The position numbers and the translations under genes were made by a program. Below are positions 18,551-26,703 of a stretch of DNA of 64,000 nt, one piece after another; the stretch's first letter is position 1; every line of letters begins with the position of its first letter. The notes below the pieces were generated by a model that saw only the letters and a program-made list of their open reading frames with translations, searched no databases and was not told where the DNA came from. Source of the DNA: Terriglobia bacterium (GTDB lineage Bacteria > Acidobacteriota > Terriglobia > JAJPHL01 > JAPKYU01); contig CBDBKE010000001.1 of assembly GCA_965206645.1 (NCBI GenBank), positions 32,001 to 96,000 of the forward strand. The letters are read 5' to 3'.

Positions 18551-20377
18551 TCAAGCCTCCCTACTGTTCCGCCAATTGCGCAGCCTGGCAACCAACGCCT
18601 TGAGGGTCAGGCGCAACAGTTGCCACCAAGCGGGCCGCCGGGCGCGAGTGAGTTCACCAGCCAGATAAAGACGGCGACAGGCATCGCGGCGCAGCTTGCC
18701 ACTGGGGGTCTTGGGAATGGTCTGGGGTGGGACCAACACCAGTTTGTCGGGCGGATGGCCCAGACGGGCCAGTCGGCGCATGATTTCGGCGCGCACCTCA
18801 GCCCGCGGACCCGGACGAGTCTCGCGAGTCTCGGCCACCAGCACAATCCGCTCGGTGCCGTGTTCGGGGTCGGTGACGGCAAAGGCAGCAACACACCCTT
18901 TTCGCACGCCCCTGACTTCGCTGGCCACTTCTTCAAGCTCCTGGGGGTAGATGTTGTGGCCGGCCTTAATGATGACGTCCTTGATGCGCCCGGTGATGTG
19001 CAGTTCGCCGTCGGCTAGGTAGGCCAGGTCTCCTGAATCGAGCCATCTATTAACCAGGCCATCACCCAGGCCATCGCACCGGATGGCCTGGGTTGCGTCC
19101 GGGTTGCGGTAGTAGCCGCGCATGGCCGAGGGTCCCTGGAATTGCAGTCGCCCCTCCACCCTCTCCGGCACGGGTTGGCCGACGGCGTCAACGATGCGGG
19201 CTTCGTGGCCGGGCAAGGGTTGGCCTACGGAGACAAAACGCAGCGGCGCCGGATCGCGGGCATCGCTGGGCACGGCCCGTTGCTGCCGGACGAACGGCTC
19301 TCGCTGGATGGCATCGACACGCGGCGGGCGTCCCAGAGGCGAAAAACTGAGAGCCACGGCGCATTCGGCCAGCCCGTACACCGGCATCAGGGCTTCCGGC
19401 CGGAACCCGTACGGGGCAAAGCGGGCCGTGAACCGCGCCAGGGTCTCGGGGCTGATGGGCTCGGCGCCGTTCATGGCCACGCGCCACGAGCTGAGGTCGA
19501 GTCCGTCCAGCGCCCGGTCGTCCACCCTGCGCACGCACATCTCATAAGCGAAGTTGGGCGCTGGCGACAGCGTGCCGCGGTGCTCATGGATCATCTGCAG
19601 CCAGCGTTGCGGCCGGCGCAAGAAAGCGATCGGCGAGGTGACGGCGACGGGCAGGCCGTAATAAAGGCAAAAGAGCCAGCAGCCGATCAGCCCCATGTCG
19701 TGATACAGCGGAAGCCAGCAGACGCCGACGTCGTCCGGACGCACCTCGACGCCCTGGCCGATGGCGCGCACATTGCTGAGGACGTTGGCATGGGTCAGCA
19801 CCACACCTTTTGGCTCCCCGGTGCTGCCGGAGGTGTACTGGATAAGGGCGATGTCGGTGGGCTGCAAGGCGTTTCGGGACGGCTTGGCTGTTGCCGCGGC
19901 CAGCGCCTCCACCGTGGTAACGCTACGCAGGCTGGGAATACTTGGCCCGAGCAGTCGTGCCAGAGTGCGCGCTTCCCGGACGGTGATCAGCACTCGGGCT
20001 TCGGCATTGCGCAACAGTTTCGTTTGACGCTGCACGTACTCCTCGATCCGATCGGCCCGCACCGGCGGGTAGATCGGCACTGGAATCCCTCCGGCCAAAG
20101 TCACTCCCAGAAACGCGAAGAAGAAGTCTGGGCTGGTTGGCAACATCAGGGCCACGGTCTGGGCCTGCTCGAGTCCCTGGGCAAGCAGTCCTCCGGCTAC
20201 CTCCGAGGCGGCACTCAGCAGTTCGCCGTAGCTGATCGTGCGCAGCCGGCCGTCGTCCTGCCGCAGATGGATGTGAGCGCGGTCAGGTGTCGCCTGGGCC
20301 CGGGCGCGAAGCACCTCGTCCAATGTCTCAACCGCTACTGCCGGCGCTGTCGCCGCTCCTGTGGCAGCTGTTCTCAT
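18551..20377 (-). CDS. Fatty acyl-AMP ligase (FAAL-type adenylation enzyme)
   Basis: QYTSGSTGEPKGV, WLPLYHDMGLIG, PNFAY, YGLAE, DSGDL, GRIKD, PKTPSGK. Confidence 0.9.
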   Translation of the reverse strand: MRTAATGAATAPAVAVETLDEVLRARAQATPDRAHIHLRQDDGRLRTISYGELLSAASEVAGGLLAQGLEQAQTVALMLPTSPDFFFAFLGVTLAGGIPVPIYPPVRADRIEEYVQRQTKLLRNAEARVLITVREARTLARLLGPSIPSLRSVTTVEALAAATAKPSRNALQPTDIALIQYTSGSTGEPKGVVLTHANVLSNVRAIGQGVEVRPDDVGVCWLPLYHDMGLIGCWLFCLYYGLPVAVTSPIAFLRRPQRWLQMIHEHRGTLSPAPNFAYEMCVRRVDDRALDGLDLSSWRVAMNGAEPISPETLARFTARFAPYGFRPEALMPVYGLAECAVALSFSPLGRPPRVDAIQREPFVRQQRAVPSDARDPAPLRFVSVGQPLPGHEARIVDAVGQPVPERVEGRLQFQGPSAMRGYYRNPDATQAIRCDGLGDGLVNRWLDSGDLAYLADGELHITGRIKDVIIKAGHNIYPQELEEVASEVRGVRKGCVAAFAVTDPEHGTERIVLVAETRETRPGPRAEVRAEIMRRLARLGHPPDKLVLVPPQTIPKTPSGKLRRDACRRLYLAGELTRARRPAWWQLLRLTLKALVARLRNWRNSREA

Positions 20378-20669
20378 CGTGACATGATCGAATAACTGTT
20401 AAATGTTAGGGCTGAAGGCGAAAGGTTTCAAGGCCCAACGCAGCTGCGTAGTGGGTCAATCTACGGTAAGGGCGTTACACATCCAGTGAGCGGCGTAGCA
20501 GCATCGGCAAATTACTAGCCGACTTGTGGGGACCTATCCACTGAATCTGAGGTAAGCGTCTTGTACTCAAAAACTTGGACTGACGCAAAGCAGGCTACTG
20601 CACGCCGATGGTGATGGATAAGAAGACGTCACACGTTTTCCATCCGGGGTCCAGGTGGCCTGGAGTGGC

Positions 20670-21686
20670 CTATTCGTCTGGGACGATGCAAACGGTATCC
20701 TCACCACGGATGGGGATACCGTCAAAGGTTTCCGCCTCTAACACCGCAACTGATTGGCCCACCTCGATCATGAACTGTGCAGTGTGGACCTGGCAGACCA
20801 GATCAATTAGCCCATTCCCATTGACGTCCTCTTCATGGCAGAGGAACTTATCGCTCGTGCCCACCATTTTGATGCTGGCCCCTGCAAGAGCAATGGTGTC
20901 CAGATCGACCTCCTCGGGCGCATTGAAATTCGGCGTGCTTAGAATCGCCACAGGGATCACGCCAGCGGAGCCGAGGTCGATGCTATTGGGATCGCTACCC
21001 GGCTTGATGTCGATGGTCACGGTCAAGGCCCCAAACTTGAATTGGGTCACGAGTCCCTGGGTGTCATTATCACCAGTTGTTGCATTAACACTATCGGGGC
21101 CACCAGGAAACAGACGAGAAACCCCATCCGCTCCCTAGGAATGCACATCAAAAAAAGTTGTGAAGACGGGCGAAAAGTTTCTCACATCGAGCAACAGGTT
21201 GCCCTGAGCCTTGTCATAAAGGAATGGAGTCGTCAAGTTTACCAGGATATCAAAATCTTTTGGCCCTCCGGTAGGTCCTGTGAAGGAACTAGAAAGGGCA
21301 AGGGCGCCATTAAAGGCCACGGTATTGTCGGCCCCGACGTTATTTGCAAGCGTAGTGTCTAATCCGTCCACTGGCAGTGTCGTTGTGGACAGGTCGATTT
21401 GAATGTTCGGGATCGTCGAGGAGAACGCGATACCAAAGGTCGCATCAGGGCGAAAGCCAAGCTGCGTGATAAGAATAGGACCCGCAGGAAACTCGGAGCT
21501 GCTGTAAACTTGCTGATAGCGCATCGAAATCCAGAACAGGCTAAATGGAATAGCGTTATTACTATTGCCCTCTACCGTCGCCAGGGAATTGGGGACAACG
21601 ATAGGCTCAGCCTGCGCTACCCCCGAGAGCAGACCTAGCACGAGAATCCAAACAAAAACTCCTAACCTGCTCCGCCGGAATTTCAT
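20670..21686 (-). pseudogene. Secreted two-domain protein interrupted by a single in-frame TAG (21135-21137)
   Basis: Signal peptide, IVVPNSLATVEGNSNN...RYQQVY domain, DVHS*GADGVSR continuing in frame into TIDIKPGSDPNSI...IPVAILS domain. Confidence 0.75.
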
Positions 21687-21744
21687 CTATTTCCCCTTTC
21701 TGGGTTTGCCGCTTCCTTCCAAAGCCAGCTAGCCCGGCCAAGCC

Positions 21745-21822
21745 GAGGTTTCCCAGGTTATAGGCAATGATGGTCAGCCACAGTCGCACCTCGTTGGACC
21801 GGGACCGATGACAAGTCAGCAT
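21745..21822 (-). pseudogene. IS1380-family transposase C-terminal remnant
   Basis: LTCHRSRSNEVRLWLTIIAYNLGNL resembles the SCHRF.ANE.RL....AYNL motif. Confidence 0.7.
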
Positions 21823-22009
21823 ACGACGCCGGCCAGGAGCGTTGTCAGTAGGGCAAAAGTCTTATTAGCACCATAGGGACTTCTTCTGGATAGCATCGCG
21901 GCTCGCTTGCTCTGTTCCGCTGACTGGTCTGCTCTGTTCCTGCCTCCCGCCTCGGATAGGTCCCCAGAAACGGGCTAGCGTTTATCAATCCCGTTTCAGT
22001 TGTGCCATA

Positions 22010-22229
22010 TAGTCGGCTTATCGGAAACTGACCCATTATCCGCAACTGCGGCCCTGGACTATAATCAGCTGGGGATGCAGGTTAGCGAGATTTTCTTCTC
22101 CATTCAGGAAGAACCCACCTTTGCCGGCGCGCCCTGCGTGTTCGCGCGGCTCACCGCATGCAACCTGCGCTGCTCCTGGTGCGATACGGAGTACGCCTTT
22201 TACGACGGCCAGCTCATGAAGCTGGACGA
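22010..22229 (+). repeat. Direct repeat copy 1 (IR end, promoter and queE 5' end); copy 2 at 25081-25300
   Basis: 220 bp gapless alignment, 19 mismatches by manual count. Confidence 0.95.
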
Positions 22230-22248
22230 CGGCATAGGAAAACACTAA
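22075..22248 (+). pseudogene. queE: Truncated decayed copy of queE 5' end
   Basis: MQVSEIFFSIQEEPTFAG...CNLRCSWCDT, with QGE mutated to QEE; stops after 57 codons. Confidence 0.9.
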
Positions 22249-22473
22249 CCGACTACGGAGGACTAATCTGCCAAGTCTGAGCCAACTCTTGCCGTTTCAG
22301 AGAATTATTGAGGAAAATCTGAAACGGCAGAATCCGCGCAGGCGCAGTAACGCGTCCCTACCCGCCGGCGAGTTTCCCGCCGAGATAACCGCTGGGCGCC
22401 GCCGGGTTATGCCGGCTGTCCGGGTTCTTCGAGCACCGGTTGCCTTCTTATTACGTATCGCAGCTTCCATCGG

Positions 22474-22502
22474 TTGACAGATATGAATGGTTTTGGTAGC
22501 AT
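22474..22502 (+). promoter_or_regulatory. Sigma70 promoter giving a probable leaderless transcript
   Basis: TTGACA(22474)-17 nt-TAGCAT(22497) with TGn extension; ATG 22509 lies 6 nt after the -10 box. Confidence 0.8.
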
Positions 22503-22508
22503 CAACTC

Positions 22509-22832
22509 ATGTTCCACAGCGTAATGCGGTGGGCATTTGCGGGGGTCTTCTTCGCCACAGCCTCCTGTGCTCAGGTCTGTTCGGAGATTGGTTTGCAAGG
22601 GCAGTCCGCGTCTGCTTGCTCGCATGAGCAGTCAGGGAAAGAGCAGCCGGGAGACAATCAGTGCAAAGCTTGCATGCAAGGGCACTTTTTCCAAGAATCA
22701 AAGGTGAAGATGGATTGTCCGACCGGGACATCATTGGAGCCGGCGGATAGCATCACTGCGCTTCTCGCGCCGGCGAGGAAGTTACCCGCCAACGAACCCG
22801 CGTTATTCACGCCTCTCGTCTTGCGCATTTAG
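22509..22832 (+). CDS. Small secreted Cys/His-rich protein, candidate metal-responsive leader
   Basis: Signal-like N-terminus, CAQVC, CSH, CKACMQGH, Pro-rich tail ending PLVLRI. Confidence 0.7.
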   Translation: MFHSVMRWAFAGVFFATASCAQVCSEIGLQGQSASACSHEQSGKEQPGDNQCKACMQGHFFQESKVKMDCPTGTSLEPADSITALLAPARKLPANEPALFTPLVLRI

Positions 22833-22931
22833 CGATTCGCTTCCTTTCTGCGTTCGTTTTCTAGAAAAAGGTTCCGGTTTAACGGCCGGAGTCGTTCGTC
22901 TCTTCTAGGCTTTCTTTTCGGGAGGAGTGCG

Positions 22932-23918
22932 ATGACTCTTCTGTATGCAGATCATCTGGATCAAGCGGGTTCCTTCGCGCGTCATCGGCCTCCGCGGCAG
23001 CGCCTAATCCTGCTGGCGTTTCTCGCGGCTGGAATAGCGCCCTGCGCGTTCTCGCAAGGACCGATGCCGGAAGAAGGAGCTACCCTGTTCCCGAGCGGCG
23101 CGTTCATTTCCTACAGTTCGATCTTTACGACGGGCAGGTTCGAACCGGGCACAGACTCGGATACCCCCGGAGCGAGAACCCGTCCCACTTTCCAGCACGA
23201 GGTCCCGCTCACCTTCAGCATGTCCTTACGCCGGGACGTCCAATTCACCGCCGTTGTGCCGATCGTGACGAAGCGGGTGAAGTTGCCCGATACCGAATTC
23301 GGCGGTACGGGGCTGGGAGACGCCCTGGTATCGCTGAAGTACCGTTTCCTCCGGCGGGATTCGGAGCGCGGCACTACGCAAGCGGCCGTGACCGTTGGCC
23401 CCAAGCTGCCGACGGGAGCAACCGGCCAGCGGGATTCCCAAGGCAGCCTGCTGCCCATTCAACTCCAGCCGGGCTCTGGCTCGACCGATTTTTTCGTCAA
23501 GGTAAACGGCACCCACACGGGTCTTTTCAATCTTCGTCGCCTCGTTGCGGATGCTTCCTTTAGCTATTTGTTTCGAACGGAAGGAAGCCGGGATACCCGG
23601 CTCGGAAACGCGATGGTAGCGCGCCTTTGGTTGCCTTACCGCCCGTACCAAGCCAAAACTCTGGGGGCTGAATGGTTCCTCGGTCCCTCTCTGACCTGGC
23701 AGCATCGGGATCGAGACCGGCAGTCAGGCGTCCGGCAGCTTTTTACGGGGGGAGACTCCCTGACTCTGGGATTCACATCGTACGTGAGCCCCGTGGAAGG
23801 GTTGGTTTTCTGGGTCGGCCTGGAGTTTCCAATCTACCAAAACAGCAATGGGGCGCCGCATGAGCTGTCGCGACGGATCAATGTGGGCGTGACCAAACAA
23901 TTCGTTCTGCGTCCCTGA
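22932..23918 (+). CDS. Outer-membrane beta-barrel 'transporter' (Phenol_MetA_deg-like)
   Basis: Signal peptide; GLGD...LKYRF, KLPTG, QPGSGSTD; amphipathic strands; SD GGAGGAG. Confidence 0.75.
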   Translation: MTLLYADHLDQAGSFARHRPPRQRLILLAFLAAGIAPCAFSQGPMPEEGATLFPSGAFISYSSIFTTGRFEPGTDSDTPGARTRPTFQHEVPLTFSMSLRRDVQFTAVVPIVTKRVKLPDTEFGGTGLGDALVSLKYRFLRRDSERGTTQAAVTVGPKLPTGATGQRDSQGSLLPIQLQPGSGSTDFFVKVNGTHTGLFNLRRLVADASFSYLFRTEGSRDTRLGNAMVARLWLPYRPYQAKTLGAEWFLGPSLTWQHRDRDRQSGVRQLFTGGDSLTLGFTSYVSPVEGLVFWVGLEFPIYQNSNGAPHELSRRINVGVTKQFVLRP

Positions 23919-23942
23919 GGATGCAGGTACAGGAGGCAAACA

Positions 23943-24476
23943 ATGAAACGGAAGAGTTTCCTTTGGGCTGTGATGCTCGTGAGCGCTTGGATCCCGGCCC
24001 TATCCGCCGGAATTGACCGCGTGGAAATGCGCGTGCAAGGGATGACCTGAAATTTCTGAGCCTACGGGGTGCAACAGCACCTTCAACGCCTGGATGGCGT
24101 TGCGAAAGCCGAAGTCAGTTTGCTCGACGGGCGTGTTACTGTTTTTCCCAAGCCAGGCGCCGCGCTCGATCCCTCTCGAATTTTGAAGGCCGCTTACGAC
24201 AGCGGGGTCTCCGTTGTAGAAATGGAAATGACAGCCTCCGGGTCCTTGCAGGACTCGGGGCAAGGCCTGGTTTTCCGCCCGACCTCGCAGCAGTCGTTCG
24301 CGGTCAACCCCAATGCGCTCACGGAGAAATTTAAGCCTCTGGGAAGCTCCGGCCGGGACGTTTCGATCCGGGCGCGGCTTTACCAGGCTCCCCCCGGCGG
24401 GGCGAAATCAAAGGATCCTCCGAAGGGCCTGAAGCCGGCGAAGGACCTGAAGCTGGAAGTCCTGGAGATCCACTAG
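23943..24476 (+). CDS. Periplasmic HMA-domain protein with two in-frame UGA codons (putative UxxU selenoprotein), 177 aa
   Basis: SD AGGAGG; MKRKSFLWAVMLVSAWIPALSA-GIDRVEMRVQGMT*NF*AYGVQQHLQRLDGVAKAEVSL; TGA at 24048 and 24057 occupy both Cys positions of GMTCxxC. Confidence 0.85.
24060..24108 (+). promoter_or_regulatory. Candidate SECIS element(s): two tandem hairpins after the UGAs
   Basis: GGGGTGC-AACA-GCACCTT (24066-24083) and CAACGCC-TGGAT-GGCGTTG (24084-24102). Confidence 0.55.
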
Positions 24477-24488
24477 GAGAGTTGCCCC

Positions 24489-25025
24489 ATGGCGGTTGCA
24501 AAGATGCTCGTCCTTCTTCTGCCTGCCTTCCTGTTGCAGCTTGCCTTCGCTGCATGCAGCCGGTCCCCTCCCTCCCCGCAATTGGGGCACGGCACGATGA
24601 ATATGGAAATTCAGCCCAAAGAGCTATCGCGCCTACCCTCGTTCGCATTCAAGGACCTCTCGGGGCATGTAGTTTCTTCGGATCAGTTTTCCGGAAAGGT
24701 GCTACTCGTGGATGTCTGGGCCACTTGGTGCCCGCCCTGCAAGCAGGAGATGCCGTGGTTCCAGGAGCTTTACGAACAGTACCGCGACCAGGGACTCGAA
24801 GTGATCGGGATTTCCATTGACCCGAATCCTGCCGATGCCCGCCGATTTACCCAGGAACTCGGAATCACCTACACGCTGCTTCACCATCCCGAGGTAATGC
24901 AGGAATGGGGGTTGCTGGGCCTCCCGACGACCCTCGTCGTGGACCGCGAGGGAAGCATCCGCGGGAAGATTGTGGGTTTTGATTACAAGGAAACGTTCGA
25001 AGCGGCTTTGAAGGAGTTGCTCTAG
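24489..25025 (+). CDS. TlpA-family thiol-disulfide reductase, lipoprotein
   Basis: Lipobox-like FAAC; VWATWCPPCKQEMP; GLPTT. Confidence 0.9.
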   Translation: MAVAKMLVLLLPAFLLQLAFAACSRSPPSPQLGHGTMNMEIQPKELSRLPSFAFKDLSGHVVSSDQFSGKVLLVDVWATWCPPCKQEMPWFQELYEQYRDQGLEVIGISIDPNPADARRFTQELGITYTLLHHPEVMQEWGLLGLPTTLVVDREGSIRGKIVGFDYKETFEAALKELL

Positions 25026-25080
25026 ATCGGTGGTAGCGACAATTCTGTTCTGAACTAGTTGGCAATTTCAGTTGGACGAG

Positions 25081-25300
25081 TAGTCGGCTTACCGGAAACT
25101 GAGCCGTTATCCGCAACGGCGGCCCTGGGCTATAATCAGCTTGGGATGCAGGTTGCCGAGATTTTCTTCTCCATCCAGGGAGAATCCACCTTTGCCGGCG
25201 AGCCCTGCGTGTTCGTGCGGCTCACCGCGTGCAACCTGCGCTGCTCCTGGTGCGACACCGAGTACGCTTTTTACGACGGCCAGCCCATGGAGCTGGACGA
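25081..25300 (+). repeat. Direct repeat copy 2 (degenerate IR end, TATAAT and intact queE start)
   Basis: Matches 22010-22229. Confidence 0.95.
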
Positions 25301-25787
25301 GGTGCTCCGTCGGGTGAGCACCTATCCGGCGCGACTGGTGGAAATCACCGGCGGCGAGCCCATGCTTCAGGAGGGAGAAGTGCTGCCCCTGATGGCGCGC
25401 CTGCTGGAGCAGGGCTACCGGGTGCTGCTGGAAACCAGCGGGGAACGCTTCCTGGGCCGGGTCCCGCCCGAGGTCGTCAAGGTGATGGACGTCAAGTGCC
25501 CCGGCTCGGGCGAAGCGGAAAAATTCTGCTTCGAGAATCTGCAAGTACTGTCACCAAGTGACGAAGTGAAATTCGTGCTGGCGGACCGTCCCGATTACGA
25601 GTTCGCTTGCCAGTTCCTCCAGCGTCACGGGTTATGCGGCAAAGTGCGGGCCGTGATCTTCTCGCCGGTCTTCGGGCAACTGGAGCCACGCCAGCTCGCC
25701 GAATGGATCCTGGCCGATGGCTTAGACGTTCGCCTCGGACTCCAATTGCACAAATTCATCTGGGACCCGGCGATGCGGGGAGTTTAA
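25146..25787 (+). CDS. queE: 7-carboxy-7-deazaguanine synthase (radical SAM)
   Basis: EIFFSIQGE, CNLRCSWCDT, ITGGEP, LQLHKFIW; adjacent to queC. Confidence 0.93.
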   Translation: MQVAEIFFSIQGESTFAGEPCVFVRLTACNLRCSWCDTEYAFYDGQPMELDEVLRRVSTYPARLVEITGGEPMLQEGEVLPLMARLLEQGYRVLLETSGERFLGRVPPEVVKVMDVKCPGSGEAEKFCFENLQVLSPSDEVKFVLADRPDYEFACQFLQRHGLCGKVRAVIFSPVFGQLEPRQLAEWILADGLDVRLGLQLHKFIWDPAMRGV

Positions 25788-25905
25788 CGAGCGCGACGTG
25801 CTGAATGCACCATGCGGCATAGCAGCGCGCTGGATAGCAGTGCCGGCCGGGCCAGCAATGGCCAGGAAAGCGGATGCGGGGAAGTCTCGCGGAGGAGCTT
25901 AAGCC

Positions 25906-26646
25906 TTGGCCACACCGAAAGCGGCCAGACCTAAAGCGGTCGTCTTACTCAGCGGCGGGATGGATAGCTGCGTGACGGCCGCCGTCGCACGGGCCGAGGG
26001 CTACCGCCTGGCGCTGCTGCACAGCAGTTACGGGCAACGGACTGAGGCCCGCGAACGTCTCACGTTTGAACAGATGGCAGATTTTTATTCTTCATTGGAG
26101 CATGAGGAGGTCCCCCGCCTAGTCATCGAGCAGCGCTACTTGGCGCGGATCGGCGGCTCAAGCCTGACCGAGGCCGGCATCCCGGTCAGCCCGGCCAAGC
26201 TCGACTCGGCTGAAATTCCCACCAGCTACGTTCCCTTCCGCAACGCGCATTTCCTGGCGGTGGCAGTCTCCTGGGCCGAGGTTCTCGAGGCAACGCGCAT
26301 CTATGTCGGGGCAGTCGCCGCCGACAGTTCTGGGTATCCCGACTGCCGCCCGGAGTATTACCGCGCCTTTCAGCAGGTGGCGGAGCTCGGCACGCGGCCG
26401 GAAACGAAGCTGGAAATCGTCGTTCCACTCGTCCGGCTGCACAAGCACGAGATTGTGAAGAAGGGGATTGAATTAGGCGCACCTCTTCATCTAAGCTGGT
26501 CTTGTTACCAAGGTAGCGACAGAGCTTGCGGTGTGTGCGATAGCTGCGCGTTGCGCCTGAGGGCTTTCGAACAGGCCGGGGTGGAAGACCCGATCCCGTA
26601 CGAGCGGAAGCCTTCTTACTCAACTGCCCCGCAGGTGCCTCACTAA
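25906..26646 (+). CDS. queC: 7-cyano-7-deazaguanine synthase
   Basis: LLSGGMDS, YVPFRN, GYPDCRPE, WSCY...CGVCDSC. Confidence 0.95.
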   Translation: MATPKAARPKAVVLLSGGMDSCVTAAVARAEGYRLALLHSSYGQRTEARERLTFEQMADFYSSLEHEEVPRLVIEQRYLARIGGSSLTEAGIPVSPAKLDSAEIPTSYVPFRNAHFLAVAVSWAEVLEATRIYVGAVAADSSGYPDCRPEYYRAFQQVAELGTRPETKLEIVVPLVRLHKHEIVKKGIELGAPLHLSWSCYQGSDRACGVCDSCALRLRAFEQAGVEDPIPYERKPSYSTAPQVPH

Positions 26647-26703
26647 GGCCTGTCCCGCACCACAGGCGGTTCGCTAGCCTGACGGAACAGCAACGGAGGA
26701 ATT

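Larger units (their letters stand above)
20447..22040. mobile_element. Degenerate IR-bounded cassette 2, same IR family, opposite orientation
   Basis: Left CGTAGTGGGTCAAT (20447), right GGAAACTGACCCATTATC (22023-22040); flanks CGCAGCTG / CGCAACTG. Confidence 0.65.

Noticed and set aside
21135-21137. Pyrrolysine at the in-frame TAG
   Set aside because: Not a methylamine methyltransferase, lies in decaying cargo, and no pyl genes are visible
24048-24059. Genome-wide UGA reassignment, or a simple pseudogene, as explanation for the HMA stops
   Set aside because: Many genes here terminate in TGA, and the two stops coincide exactly with the two motif cysteines in an otherwise intact gene
25030-25145. 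preQ1 riboswitch upstream of queE
   Set aside because: No recognisable aptamer or A-rich tail; the region is an IR remnant plus TATAAT close to the start codon
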